The position numbers and the translations under genes are program-made. Shown piece after piece: positions 50,985-59,964 of a stretch of 64,000 bases of DNA (the stretch's first letter is position 1; each line of letters opens with the position of its first letter). The stretch is from an uncultured delta proteobacterium (GTDB lineage: Bacteria; Myxococcota_A; Polyangia; Polyangiales; Polyangiaceae): contig CAVOKF010000007.1 in the NCBI GenBank assembly GCA_963696385.1, positions 96,001 through 160,000 of the forward strand, given 5' to 3'. Below the pieces are notes generated by a model. The model made no database searches, was not told where the DNA came from, and saw only the letters and a list, made by a program, of their open reading frames with translations.

Positions 50985-52343
50985 GTGTCAGCGGGCAATG
51001 TTACATCCGCGCTGGCCTTGCGCGCTCGCCTGTTGTTCGCTTTTGTCGTCGCCTTCGTAGCGCTTCACTTTTTCGCGCCGCACGATGCCTGGTGCGTCAA
51101 CTACTTCCGCACGCCCGCACGTATCCTACTGCTCGGCGCGCTCGGGTGTACCTACGTCCCGTTCACTTCATTTCATGAGCCGAGCCGCCGCCTCTCCGAA
51201 TGGTTGGACACAAGACCTCGCCGCGTGCGACTTGCCCTGTATGCGGCCCTATCGTCGCTGTCGCTCGTGCCTTTCTATTGGCTTTCGGATCGTCGCCGCT
51301 ACGGCGACGGCCCCGGACTCATCTCCTCCATCACCCAAGGTTATCAGTACGACCCGCACGCCCCGCTCGGCATTTACCTTCAGTCGGCACTGTATCGCTT
51401 CACCCGTCGGACGTTCGGCCTAACCGCAGCAGAAAGCTGGGGCTGGACGAGCGCCGTGTCCGGAACGCTCTTTCTTTTCGCCTTGCTTGTCTTTTCTGAA
51501 GCCGAATTGTTCTGTCGAGCACGTTTCGGTCGATGTCTATTTATTTGTCTCGTACTTTCCCAGGCCTCTACACAGCTCTTTTTTTTTGAAGTCGAAGATT
51601 ATGCGATCAGCACATTCTTCGTGCTTCTGTACATCGCCACCGCCTATACATCGCTCGACCGGAGGTCCGTGCCGTTTGCGGCGGGCTTGTCGCTGGGCTT
51701 GGCACTCACCTTTTCGATGTCCACCGCGTTTTTACTTCCGTCCTTCGCGTGGCTCACGTTGGAGCGCGTCCGGGCGGCTCGGAAGGCCTCGTCCACGACG
51801 GGACCGGTCACAACCGGACTCGTTGCCGTCGCGAGCATCGCGTCGCCGTTGCTTCTGGTTTTTGGTTTCCTTGCGCTGGTCGAAAAAGTGGATGCGATCG
51901 CGCTGTACCGGCACTCTCACCTGGCGAACTACCGTGTGTACATGCGGCTCTACGGTGCCCCGAGATCGACCCTTTCGTTGCAGCACATGACCGACGTCCT
52001 TCAGCTCAACGTTCTGGTTGCACCGTTCAGCGTCCTACTCTCTGCGATATTCCTGCCCGCGGCGGCGCGTTACGGCGCGCTCTCGGATGCGTTTTTTCGG
52101 TTCTGCGCGGCACTCACCCTATGCGCTTGGGTTTTTCTGATCTTCTGGATTCCAGGATTTCCGATGCAAATCGACTGGGATTTGTTTTCGATGTTTGCCT
52201 TGCCTACGACGACGTTTGCGTTTTTAACGGTTCTGTACTCGCGCTGCCTTGCGGATCCTCGGACGCGGCGCAGTTTCTTTCAACTGTTGAGTGTCGCTGC
52301 CGTCCATACCGCCGTCTGGATATGGACCGGGCATTTTACTTGA
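50985..52343 (+). CDS. Polytopic membrane protein, GT-C glycosyltransferase-like
   Basis: More than ten hydrophobic segments, YGDG, HAPL, QLFFFEVEDY, DWDLFS. AT-richer than flanks. Confidence 0.7.
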   Translation: MSAGNVTSALALRARLLFAFVVAFVALHFFAPHDAWCVNYFRTPARILLLGALGCTYVPFTSFHEPSRRLSEWLDTRPRRVRLALYAALSSLSLVPFYWLSDRRRYGDGPGLISSITQGYQYDPHAPLGIYLQSALYRFTRRTFGLTAAESWGWTSAVSGTLFLFALLVFSEAELFCRARFGRCLFICLVLSQASTQLFFFEVEDYAISTFFVLLYIATAYTSLDRRSVPFAAGLSLGLALTFSMSTAFLLPSFAWLTLERVRAARKASSTTGPVTTGLVAVASIASPLLLVFGFLALVEKVDAIALYRHSHLANYRVYMRLYGAPRSTLSLQHMTDVLQLNVLVAPFSVLLSAIFLPAAARYGALSDAFFRFCAALTLCAWVFLIFWIPGFPMQIDWDLFSMFALPTTTFAFLTVLYSRCLADPRTRRSFFQLLSVAAVHTAVWIWTGHFT

Positions 52344-52375
52344 CCCCAACGGGTCCCATCTCGCTGGTCTCGCAC

Positions 52376-52754
52376 TCATTGCCCCAACGCACGCAGCAGC
52401 AGCAGCGTCATCACCAAGCCGACGAGCGTCGCGGTGGCCCCGAACGCGTAGACGGCCATCGCGCCGGGCGCGCCTACATCCCCCCGATCGATGGCCCGAC
52501 GGATCTGTGCGTAGCGAATCGTCGCGACCAGGTTCGCGAGCATCCCGAGCGCGACGAGCAGCGCTCCCACCCAGGCGGACTCCACGCCGTGCGGGAGCCG
52601 GGCGTAGGGTTGACCCATGCTCGCGACCTGGCGGAGGAAGACACCAAAGCGGGCGATCGCGAATCCGAACGCCATCAGGGCGATCCCGGTGCGGATCCAG
52701 GCCAGCATCGTTCGCTCGTTCGCCTGATGCAGCCGAATCGTTTCCGCTTTCCAT
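52376..52754 (-). CDS. DUF202/YidH membrane protein (apparent +1 indel at 52748-52750)
   Basis: [28 protein letters not shown]. Confidence 0.85.
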
Positions 52755-52979
52755 CGTCGGTGGGCTGCCCATTGGCAGTCGAGCGTACACGCGCCAAAGG
52801 TTTCGCGCGCGCACTGAGCCGAGAGGTGGACTCCTGGAGGACGGCCATAGACATCGAAGACCATCCTTGCAACTTCAATTTGCCTCGTTCAACATGCAAG
52901 GATGATTTTGCGCCGCGCCCTACATACCGTTCAGGAAGCCCTGAGCCGGCAGTCGGCCGTGGCTTGCTTGGACCCCGCC

Positions 52980-53080
52980 AGCTGGACGATGCTCGCGCAC
53001 AGCCAGGGCTCACTGCTTAATGCCTCGCGCCTGGCGGCCGGGCTTTCGATCGGCATGCCGACGATCGTCCGCTATCGACT
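52980..53080 (+). pseudogene. Fragment of an AAA+ ATPase / DUF4143 protein
   Basis: WTMLAHSQGSLLNASRLAAGLSIGMPTIVRY, isolated. Confidence 0.6.
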
Positions 53081-53125
53081 GGGAGTCGGGCCACGTCAAC
53101 CTGCAGTCATGCTCGGGAAGCCGGA

Positions 53126-56100
53126 TCAGCCGGACTTGTCGGCCGAGCGCGTCGTTAGGATCTTCGCGAACGCCGTGATGACCGCCGCAACCGTCGGCGG
53201 GACGGCCCCCGTGGCGCCGAGCTCCGGTCGGCTCGCGCTGAGCGCGGCAATCAGCGCCGCGACTCCCGTCGCCAGCGGCACGCGCAGCAGCGTCCACCCG
53301 CTTCCGCCCTCCGTGTCCTCCCAAGCCTGAAGCTCGGCGATCGACGAGCTCTGGCGGATAAACGCGGCGAACTCGTCGCTTGCAAGCGTCAGCGTTTCGC
53401 ACGAGATCAGACCCCGCGCACAGAGTCGCTCCAGAATCGGCTCGTTCATGGGGTGTGGACACGCGAAGCCATCGATCGCGATTTGCGAAAGGATTCGCTT
53501 CTCATCGGCGTCGGACCGGCTCCACAGCCGAAAGCACGCGGCACTTGTGGCGGCGTCGCCCAGAAGGCGGGGCTCGACCCTCGGACGAAACGCACGAACC
53601 TCGAAGTTTTCGAGCAGCTTGGCCCAGGGGCCCTGCAGCGCGGCAGGGGCTTGAAAAATGGGGTCCACCTCCGAGAGCAGCACGACGGTGGCGTGCGCTT
53701 CAACGAGCGCTTCGAGGCGACCGAGAGCGAGGGGAGAAGCCAGGATCGCCTCCAGACTGGGCACGAACGCGAGGTTTCGCGCTTCGAGTGGGGGGGCTGC
53801 GACGGCGTTCGCGACCTCGATATACCCCCGACGGCGCAGCACTTCGGCAAGGCCTTCCGGCGGTCGAAGGATGAGCAACCGCTCGCCCGGCGTCGGGAGC
53901 ACCCGGTCGGCCTCTTCCGACACGCCGCGCGTCAGGCGCGCCGACAGCGGCAGAAACAGAAGGCGTCGCATGCTGCAATAGGCCGCGACATGCGCAAAGC
54001 CCAACGCGACGAAGAAAGCGAAGAGGACGGGCGCCATCTTCTGCAGGTCGCACCCTCGCACGAGCTCGGGCAGCGAACTCCTCACGCCCTCCTGTCGCGT
54101 TGCCTCAGGAGGCAACAAATCGAGGTCGCGGGGGCGCCGAACCCACGCGCGATCGGTCGGACCCGACCGTGTCTCGTACAGCCCCAAGAGGGAGTCCAGT
54201 TCGCCTATCGACAGGGCAGGCAACAGCTGACTCAACGCCGGCAACGGCCAGAGTCGGGGCCTCAACCACGAGTCCGAGGCGGCATCTGAGGAGTCGAGCT
54301 TTTGGACGACCCAAGGGCGGGACAGACAGTCGCCCCTGAGGCAATTCACGTCGTACCCGACGCGCTTGGCCTCGCTCTCTTGCTCGGCTCGAACGAGGCA
54401 CTCGACCGCGTAATCGTACGCGCCGGCGAAGAGGACGGTCGTGGGCGCAACGACACCGACCCCTGCGAGCCCGAAGCAGCAGAGCGCAAACGTCATCGGC
54501 AAATACGTCCGCCACGGCGCCGCGCCGCGGTGCAAGCGCGCCACGATGCGCGCGCACCAGGAACGCGTGCGTGCCTCGACCCCTGCCGGGACGCTTCCGT
54601 CCTCCGGCAGCGAGATCAGCGACGCAACGCTCCAGCAGGCCGCCGCAATCGCCAAGCCGAGAAACGCCGCCAGGGGCAAAACCCTGATCCCCCAAAGGAC
54701 AAGGCAGCCGATCGCGACCGTGGCCCCGATCATCCACCGCGCGAGATGCGCGTACCCAGCCGCTCGTCGGGCGTCCGGCCGGAGGAGCGCTCGCCGCGGC
54801 GACGAAAGGCACGCCCGTCTCAGGAACAGGACCAAACCACCGACGACGACCCCCAGTACGGCGAGAGCGCCGAAGCCGATGAGGCTGACGAGCACCATGG
54901 TGGCGACGGGAATGTCCACCAGGTCGGTACGAGCCATCGTCACGACGTACCAGTCCACGCCGTTGAGGTGGGCCACGCGGGCCCGGCTCGACACCCCCAG
55001 GTAAAAGAGGTCGATGCCAGCCGGAGCGCCGGGAACCATGGCCGCGCGCAGTGCGGACGGGTCACGAATGTCGTCAAAGATATTTTGGCCCTGGTGAGCC
55101 TCGTTGTTCGAGTGAATCATCACCTGTCCATCTCGATCCACGATGGCCGCCTGAAAGCCCAGGGGAAAGACGGGCTCCTCGAAGACTCGTAGCTTCATCT
55201 CGACGGCCGCAACCCCGGTCGGCCGAGTGCGGTCCCCATCTCGCGCGTCCACCTCCGTGCGCCCGGCGTAGGTGGGACGGGCGACCACCAGGACGAGCTG
55301 GCCCGACGTCGCCGAGCGAACGACCTCCTCGACGCAACTCGAACAGTCTGGACACCATGACGTTTCGTCGCCGCTCCGGCCCATCTTTTCGCCCGCCAGC
55401 GCGCGACGGAAGTAAGCGCGCCGATCGACGGAGATGGGGTTGGTGGCGTGCGGCCCCGGGACCTCCTTGATCTGCTCGTAGCCGCTCGCGTTGGCCCAGA
55501 ACGCGAGGTTCACGCCGTCGGGTTGTGGGCACTCGGTCAATTCGTAGACCGGAGCCCGGGGACCGGTCCCTTCGGTCTTGTCCTGCGGGATGGCGGCGAG
55601 CGTCCCCTTGCACGCAGGACCCCACGAAGGAAAGCGCGCCAGAGCCGACGCGGAGCGTTCGGTCGCCTCGCTCAAGCGCGCGTTGTTCGTGAGGGCTTCC
55701 CGCACGGACCGCGTTTGCTCGTTGAAGTCGGCGAGGGCCGCCGCGGCACGTTCGACAGGGTCTTGCAGCATGTCCGATACGGACTTCGTCACGTCCTCGA
55801 GTTGATGGTCGAGCCGGCTCGAAAGACGATTGCGCGCAACGACCGCGAACAGCGAGACGGTCGACAGGAGCGTCGCGGCGATGGCCGAGATGACGAGTAG
55901 CGCGACGTCGAACCGAGTGAACCGAGAGCGAGCTCCGACGAGCCATAGCTTGGCAACCGGAAGCGCAAGGATGCCGAGTCCAACGACGAGCAGGCCGAAG
56001 AGAAAAAACCCTGGGCTTACCCGGTCGCTCTCTTGTTGCAGTCGATCTTGGCGTACCAGCCCACAAAGCAGCAGCGTCGCGCCACGCGTTTGTCCGGAGG

Positions 56101-56935
56101 CCCCCGAGACCCCCGGCTGAGCGCGGCAAAGGGCCCCCGCGCCGCATGGGAGGTTCACACGGATGGCTACGGGCTGCACAAACGCTGTGAAGACGGTCGC
56201 CCCCAACGCGACGTTGGCCAGCACGCGCGAGGCAAGCGGCTGGTTGGGGTCGAATCCGGCCAACGAGACCACGCGCAGGGCCGAGCCCGGCTTCGCGGCC
56301 TGCAACACGGTCCCGTCATCGGCGAGCAACAGGAGATCATCGAACGCGCCGACCGGGTCGTCGTACGGGGGCGCCGCCCGCTTCGCAATCGGGGTCCCGA
56401 GGATCCAATCCATGCCGACCCGCCCGCAGACGACGCCAGGCCGCGCCGCCGGGAACACCATCGCGAGCTCGCCCTCGTCACGAACCACCCACGGGGTGGC
56501 GGCGGCGGCGGCAGACGCGTCGCACCGGACCATCGACAGACCTTGCGTGTCGGCTTCGGCCGCATGCGCGAGCCTGCGAGCCACGCACAAAGGAACGTGA
56601 TCCGCATCGCGACGAGTGCAGTCCTCAACATCGGGACCGTAGCTCGGCAATAGGTTCTGCTGCAGCGCGTTCGGCGTGAGCGCGCTCGTGATCGAACCGA
56701 CGATCTGCCCGTAGTTGTCGTAGCGAAGCTCGATTTGGCGGCCCACGTGGGCCACCGTTCGCGCATACTCCTCCTTCAACTCCTCGAATCGCCGGTGTCG
56801 GTGGCCGAGGAAGGCGAGCGCCGCGATCCCCGTGACGGCGACGATCGCGAAGGCGATGTAGGCCCACGCACCCGCGCGTTGGCTCGCCGAGGCGCGCGCG
56901 GGCGCCTTGGCCTCGGGATTAGAGCTCGCGCTCAT
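53126..56935 (-). CDS. Large multi-TM Cache-domain protein with degenerate AAA/winged-helix-like C-terminus
   Basis: dCache-like ISVDRRAYF...VRSATSG...VAAVEM...AIVDRDGQVMIHS, many TM helices, LWSRSDADEKRILSQIA...LCARGLI...FAAFI. Confidence 0.75.
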   Translation of the reverse strand: MSASSNPEAKAPARASASQRAGAWAYIAFAIVAVTGIAALAFLGHRHRRFEELKEEYARTVAHVGRQIELRYDNYGQIVGSITSALTPNALQQNLLPSYGPDVEDCTRRDADHVPLCVARRLAHAAEADTQGLSMVRCDASAAAAATPWVVRDEGELAMVFPAARPGVVCGRVGMDWILGTPIAKRAAPPYDDPVGAFDDLLLLADDGTVLQAAKPGSALRVVSLAGFDPNQPLASRVLANVALGATVFTAFVQPVAIRVNLPCGAGALCRAQPGVSGASGQTRGATLLLCGLVRQDRLQQESDRVSPGFFLFGLLVVGLGILALPVAKLWLVGARSRFTRFDVALLVISAIAATLLSTVSLFAVVARNRLSSRLDHQLEDVTKSVSDMLQDPVERAAAALADFNEQTRSVREALTNNARLSEATERSASALARFPSWGPACKGTLAAIPQDKTEGTGPRAPVYELTECPQPDGVNLAFWANASGYEQIKEVPGPHATNPISVDRRAYFRRALAGEKMGRSGDETSWCPDCSSCVEEVVRSATSGQLVLVVARPTYAGRTEVDARDGDRTRPTGVAAVEMKLRVFEEPVFPLGFQAAIVDRDGQVMIHSNNEAHQGQNIFDDIRDPSALRAAMVPGAPAGIDLFYLGVSSRARVAHLNGVDWYVVTMARTDLVDIPVATMVLVSLIGFGALAVLGVVVGGLVLFLRRACLSSPRRALLRPDARRAAGYAHLARWMIGATVAIGCLVLWGIRVLPLAAFLGLAIAAACWSVASLISLPEDGSVPAGVEARTRSWCARIVARLHRGAAPWRTYLPMTFALCCFGLAGVGVVAPTTVLFAGAYDYAVECLVRAEQESEAKRVGYDVNCLRGDCLSRPWVVQKLDSSDAASDSWLRPRLWPLPALSQLLPALSIGELDSLLGLYETRSGPTDRAWVRRPRDLDLLPPEATRQEGVRSSLPELVRGCDLQKMAPVLFAFFVALGFAHVAAYCSMRRLLFLPLSARLTRGVSEEADRVLPTPGERLLILRPPEGLAEVLRRRGYIEVANAVAAPPLEARNLAFVPSLEAILASPLALGRLEALVEAHATVVLLSEVDPIFQAPAALQGPWAKLLENFEVRAFRPRVEPRLLGDAATSAACFRLWSRSDADEKRILSQIAIDGFACPHPMNEPILERLCARGLISCETLTLASDEFAAFIRQSSSIAELQAWEDTEGGSGWTLLRVPLATGVAALIAALSASRPELGATGAVPPTVAAVITAFAKILTTRSADKSG

Positions 56936-57243
56936 GACGTGTTCTCCGTCGCCGGACGCACAGACGATCGTGCGAGGTCACACCTTGGAGGATATCGGTT
57001 GAACGGCAACGATCGATAGACTGAAGTGCTCGCGCCTTCATTTCCGGCGGCTTCATCGGCGCGAGTGCAGGGGTCGAGGATGTGGGCAACCGATTGGGCG
57101 ACGATGGCGCCGGCCGTGCCGAGCGCGTCACCCTGATGCGTTACTTCCTGCGCCGCGTGTTGGCCCGCTGGCGCTGGTACCGCTGCCGGTCGGCGCGTCC
57201 GAGCCGCCCTGGGCGAGTCCACGCGAACCGGTGCCCGGCGTCC

Positions 57244-57330
57244 CTTCCGCTCCGCGAGTCGTATCGCGAGGACGGCAAGATGAAGTCGCGCACGCTGGCG
57301 AACCTGTCGTCGTTGACGGAGAAGCAGGTG
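57244..57330 (+). pseudogene. IS1634-like transposase N-terminal fragment
   Basis: LRESYREDGKMKSRTLANLSSL. Confidence 0.65.
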
Positions 57331-57354
57331 AGGAAATGCGGCGAGCGCTCCGCA

Positions 57355-58440
57355 TCAGCCATTCGCCTCGGGGATCTTGAAGCCGACGTACGTGCCACCG
57401 CTGACGCCCATGAGCGCAAGAAGCGTGTCGCTGAATTGCGGCATGGAGAGGTCGCGCCATACGTCCACGATGAACAGCGTGGCGAGGATCGCCGTCCAGA
57501 CCAGGATTTGCATTCGGTGAAGGGTCGGGCCATTGTCGTCGTCGAGAAGGTCCGCAAGAAAAGTGCTGTGCGCATAGCGGAGCTTTTTGACTCGCTCCCC
57601 AACAGATGCGATCGCCGCGATTCCTTGCGGGTCGGGGCGTGCTTGTGCGGCTGGCGGAGCCTTCGTGAGATTCTCCGCGAGAGCGGAGTCTTGCGCCGAG
57701 CCGACGAGCTTCGCCCCCATCGCGGTCGCCGCGGCTATGCCCATTAGAGCGAGGCACTGGGGCGTCACCGTGTCGGCCGAGCCCGTCACCGTCCAGATAA
57801 GCAAAAAGGAACAGACGACGAGCGCGGTCCACACAAACATCTGGAGTCGCCCGAGACTGAGAGATGTCCCCGGCCCTGCATCGAGGAGCATTCCCGCCTT
57901 GATCCCGAACCAGGAAGCCATTGCAAAAAAGGAGAGCAACGCGATGCTGAAAACTTTCGCCAACCACGAGCTGCTGAAATGGAGACGGATCGGATTGGGC
58001 GCACTCACGGTGGCCCCGTCAGGAGAGCCCGCGGCGATCGAGACGGCACGGTTCGACAGAACGGGTCCGAGAACCCGACGCCAGACGGCGTCATTGTCCG
58101 ACGTCCTGTCGAGGGCAAAGAGAAACGTGTGCTCTTGATTGAGCGCGCGACGAACGCTGATGCCCTTAATTTCGTTGTTGTCGAGGAAGATTGCAAGGGG
58201 CTGCGGGGGCGGAGATGAAAAGGTGACCGCGAGATCGTCGCCCAGACGGACGTCGACCGTCGTCGGGTTGTCGTTGACCGCGGTCTGGTTGACCGCGAGA
58301 ATCCTCAGCGCAGGGACTGAGACGGCAACGGCCTGCGTTCCCTGGGATTGGGCGAGCGCAGATCCTGCGATGACGAAGGACAAGCTGCACGAGAGCACCC
58401 ATACCCACCCGACTCGCGCACAGGTTTTGCCAATCCGCAT
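57355..58440 (-). CDS. Membrane protein with exported Ig-like N-terminus and duplicated RxQxxxWT...LxLMG hairpin modules
   Basis: SLGRLQMFVWT...LALMGI and TLHRMQILVWT...LLALMGVSGGTYVGFK. Confidence 0.82.
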   Translation of the reverse strand: MRIGKTCARVGWVWVLSCSLSFVIAGSALAQSQGTQAVAVSVPALRILAVNQTAVNDNPTTVDVRLGDDLAVTFSSPPPQPLAIFLDNNEIKGISVRRALNQEHTFLFALDRTSDNDAVWRRVLGPVLSNRAVSIAAGSPDGATVSAPNPIRLHFSSSWLAKVFSIALLSFFAMASWFGIKAGMLLDAGPGTSLSLGRLQMFVWTALVVCSFLLIWTVTGSADTVTPQCLALMGIAAATAMGAKLVGSAQDSALAENLTKAPPAAQARPDPQGIAAIASVGERVKKLRYAHSTFLADLLDDDNGPTLHRMQILVWTAILATLFIVDVWRDLSMPQFSDTLLALMGVSGGTYVGFKIPEANG

Positions 58441-58803
58441 TCGTCGTTCCTTCTACGGGCCTCTCAAGGTCGTCTTGCGACTGCCCACGTCATCGGCCGC
58501 ATAGCCGGTGTTCCCCCGGTGGTCCATTTCACGCGATTGCAGGCGCGTGCGACGCGCCATTCAGCGCGCAGCCCCTCTTGCGGCTGCCCGACGTCGCGGT
58601 AGGTGGCAGTGAAACTGCAACCTGCATCGATCCACTTTTTCATTCTGCTCGTTGCCAGGTAGCTTAGAGTGGTCGCCGACCAGGGCAAAGCCGAACCGAT
58701 CGAAGACGACTTTTCGACCAAGCGGGAGAGGCTGTACAATGGCTCATCCGGAAAGGGGAGCCGCGGCACGGCAAGGAGTCGGCGACGAAGAAAGGCGGTC
58801 GAG

Positions 58804-58983
58804 ATGGATCTGACGAAGGGGGGCGTGCTGACACTCATCGCCGGTGGACTCACGACCGGGGTCGTCTTGTTCTTCAAGCACCCGCCTCTCAGTGCGCCCG
58901 AGACCGTCGTCGTCCTCGCGATCGCTCTCGCGCTGGTGTTTGGCGGCCACTGGCTCGTATCCAAGATGACGAGGGCCCGATGA
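58804..58983 (+). CDS. Small two-TM protein
   Basis: Two hydrophobic segments, ATGA overlap with the next gene. Confidence 0.6.
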   Translation: MDLTKGGVLTLIAGGLTTGVVLFFKHPPLSAPETVVVLAIALALVFGGHWLVSKMTRAR

Positions 58984-59753
58984 TGATCCGATACGCAGCA
59001 CTCTTGCTCACGTTGATCATCGCGTGTGGCGGCTCAGAGCCGCCGCCTGCGGCCGCCCCCCCTCCGCCAGCGCCAGCGCCGCCGTCGGTATCGGAGGCCC
59101 CACCGCCACTCCTACCGAAGCGGGCCATCGCGGATCTGATGCACGGCCGCGGGTTTCTCGTGAGGGATCACTCCGAAGAGGCCGGGTACGCACTTTATTC
59201 CTACATTCTGATGGATACGAAGCCGACGGCCGACGAGAAGGACCGCGTCCTCTCGACCCTCGACGCCTATCTCGACACGATGCAACCAGCCAAGTGGCTC
59301 GAGGGTAGCGGAGCGAGCCGTTCGTCGATCAACATCATGTATCTCCCGGTCACCGAGTTTCCAGAAAGCGATGACCAGGCGAATTCCGCCGCGTGGCTAC
59401 TGGATCACTACGACTACGCACGCGCCACCGTGTACCTGCATGCTCTGAAGATCAAGTCAGCAGGAGACGGTCCTGTTCTTGCTTCGTGCGACGTTGCGGT
59501 TGGCACCCAACCGGCGAAGGTGCATGAATTGCATTTCGATTTGTCCAGCGTACCTGCAACGGTCGTTCGGTCCTGGGTGGGGGAGTTCTCGAGGGCGACG
59601 TCCAAGTCGACGATGGACGAAGTGGCGAAGCCTAGTTGGACACTCGACATGCGAACCACGCTCGCAAACTTGACCTCGGCCGTCGTGGAGGTGAACGCGG
59701 CGATGAAGGTGCTGAAACAGGCGCTGTCGGCCTGGAAGAGCATCGTCGCCTAG
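58980..59753 (+). CDS. Hypothetical lipoprotein
   Basis: IIAC lipobox, Pro linker, EEAGYALYSYIL, YDYARA, GPVL, DLSSVP. Confidence 0.8.
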   Translation: MMIRYAALLLTLIIACGGSEPPPAAAPPPPAPAPPSVSEAPPPLLPKRAIADLMHGRGFLVRDHSEEAGYALYSYILMDTKPTADEKDRVLSTLDAYLDTMQPAKWLEGSGASRSSINIMYLPVTEFPESDDQANSAAWLLDHYDYARATVYLHALKIKSAGDGPVLASCDVAVGTQPAKVHELHFDLSSVPATVVRSWVGEFSRATSKSTMDEVAKPSWTLDMRTTLANLTSAVVEVNAAMKVLKQALSAWKSIVA

Positions 59754-59964
59754 TCGGGTAGGTGGCCAGGCGCCAGCCGGCCCGCGACGGATCCGACGTG
59801 CGCCTTCACGCATCCGGCTCTTCGGGTCACGGCTTCGCTGCTCGCGGTTGAAATGCAATGAAATCGCGTTGGCCCCGAGGCCGTGGCTATGATGCCCACC
59901 TTCACGGCGGTGCGCTGCGCCAACCGAGCGGCATCGCGATGTGCGCGCATCGAGAGAGGGTCGG

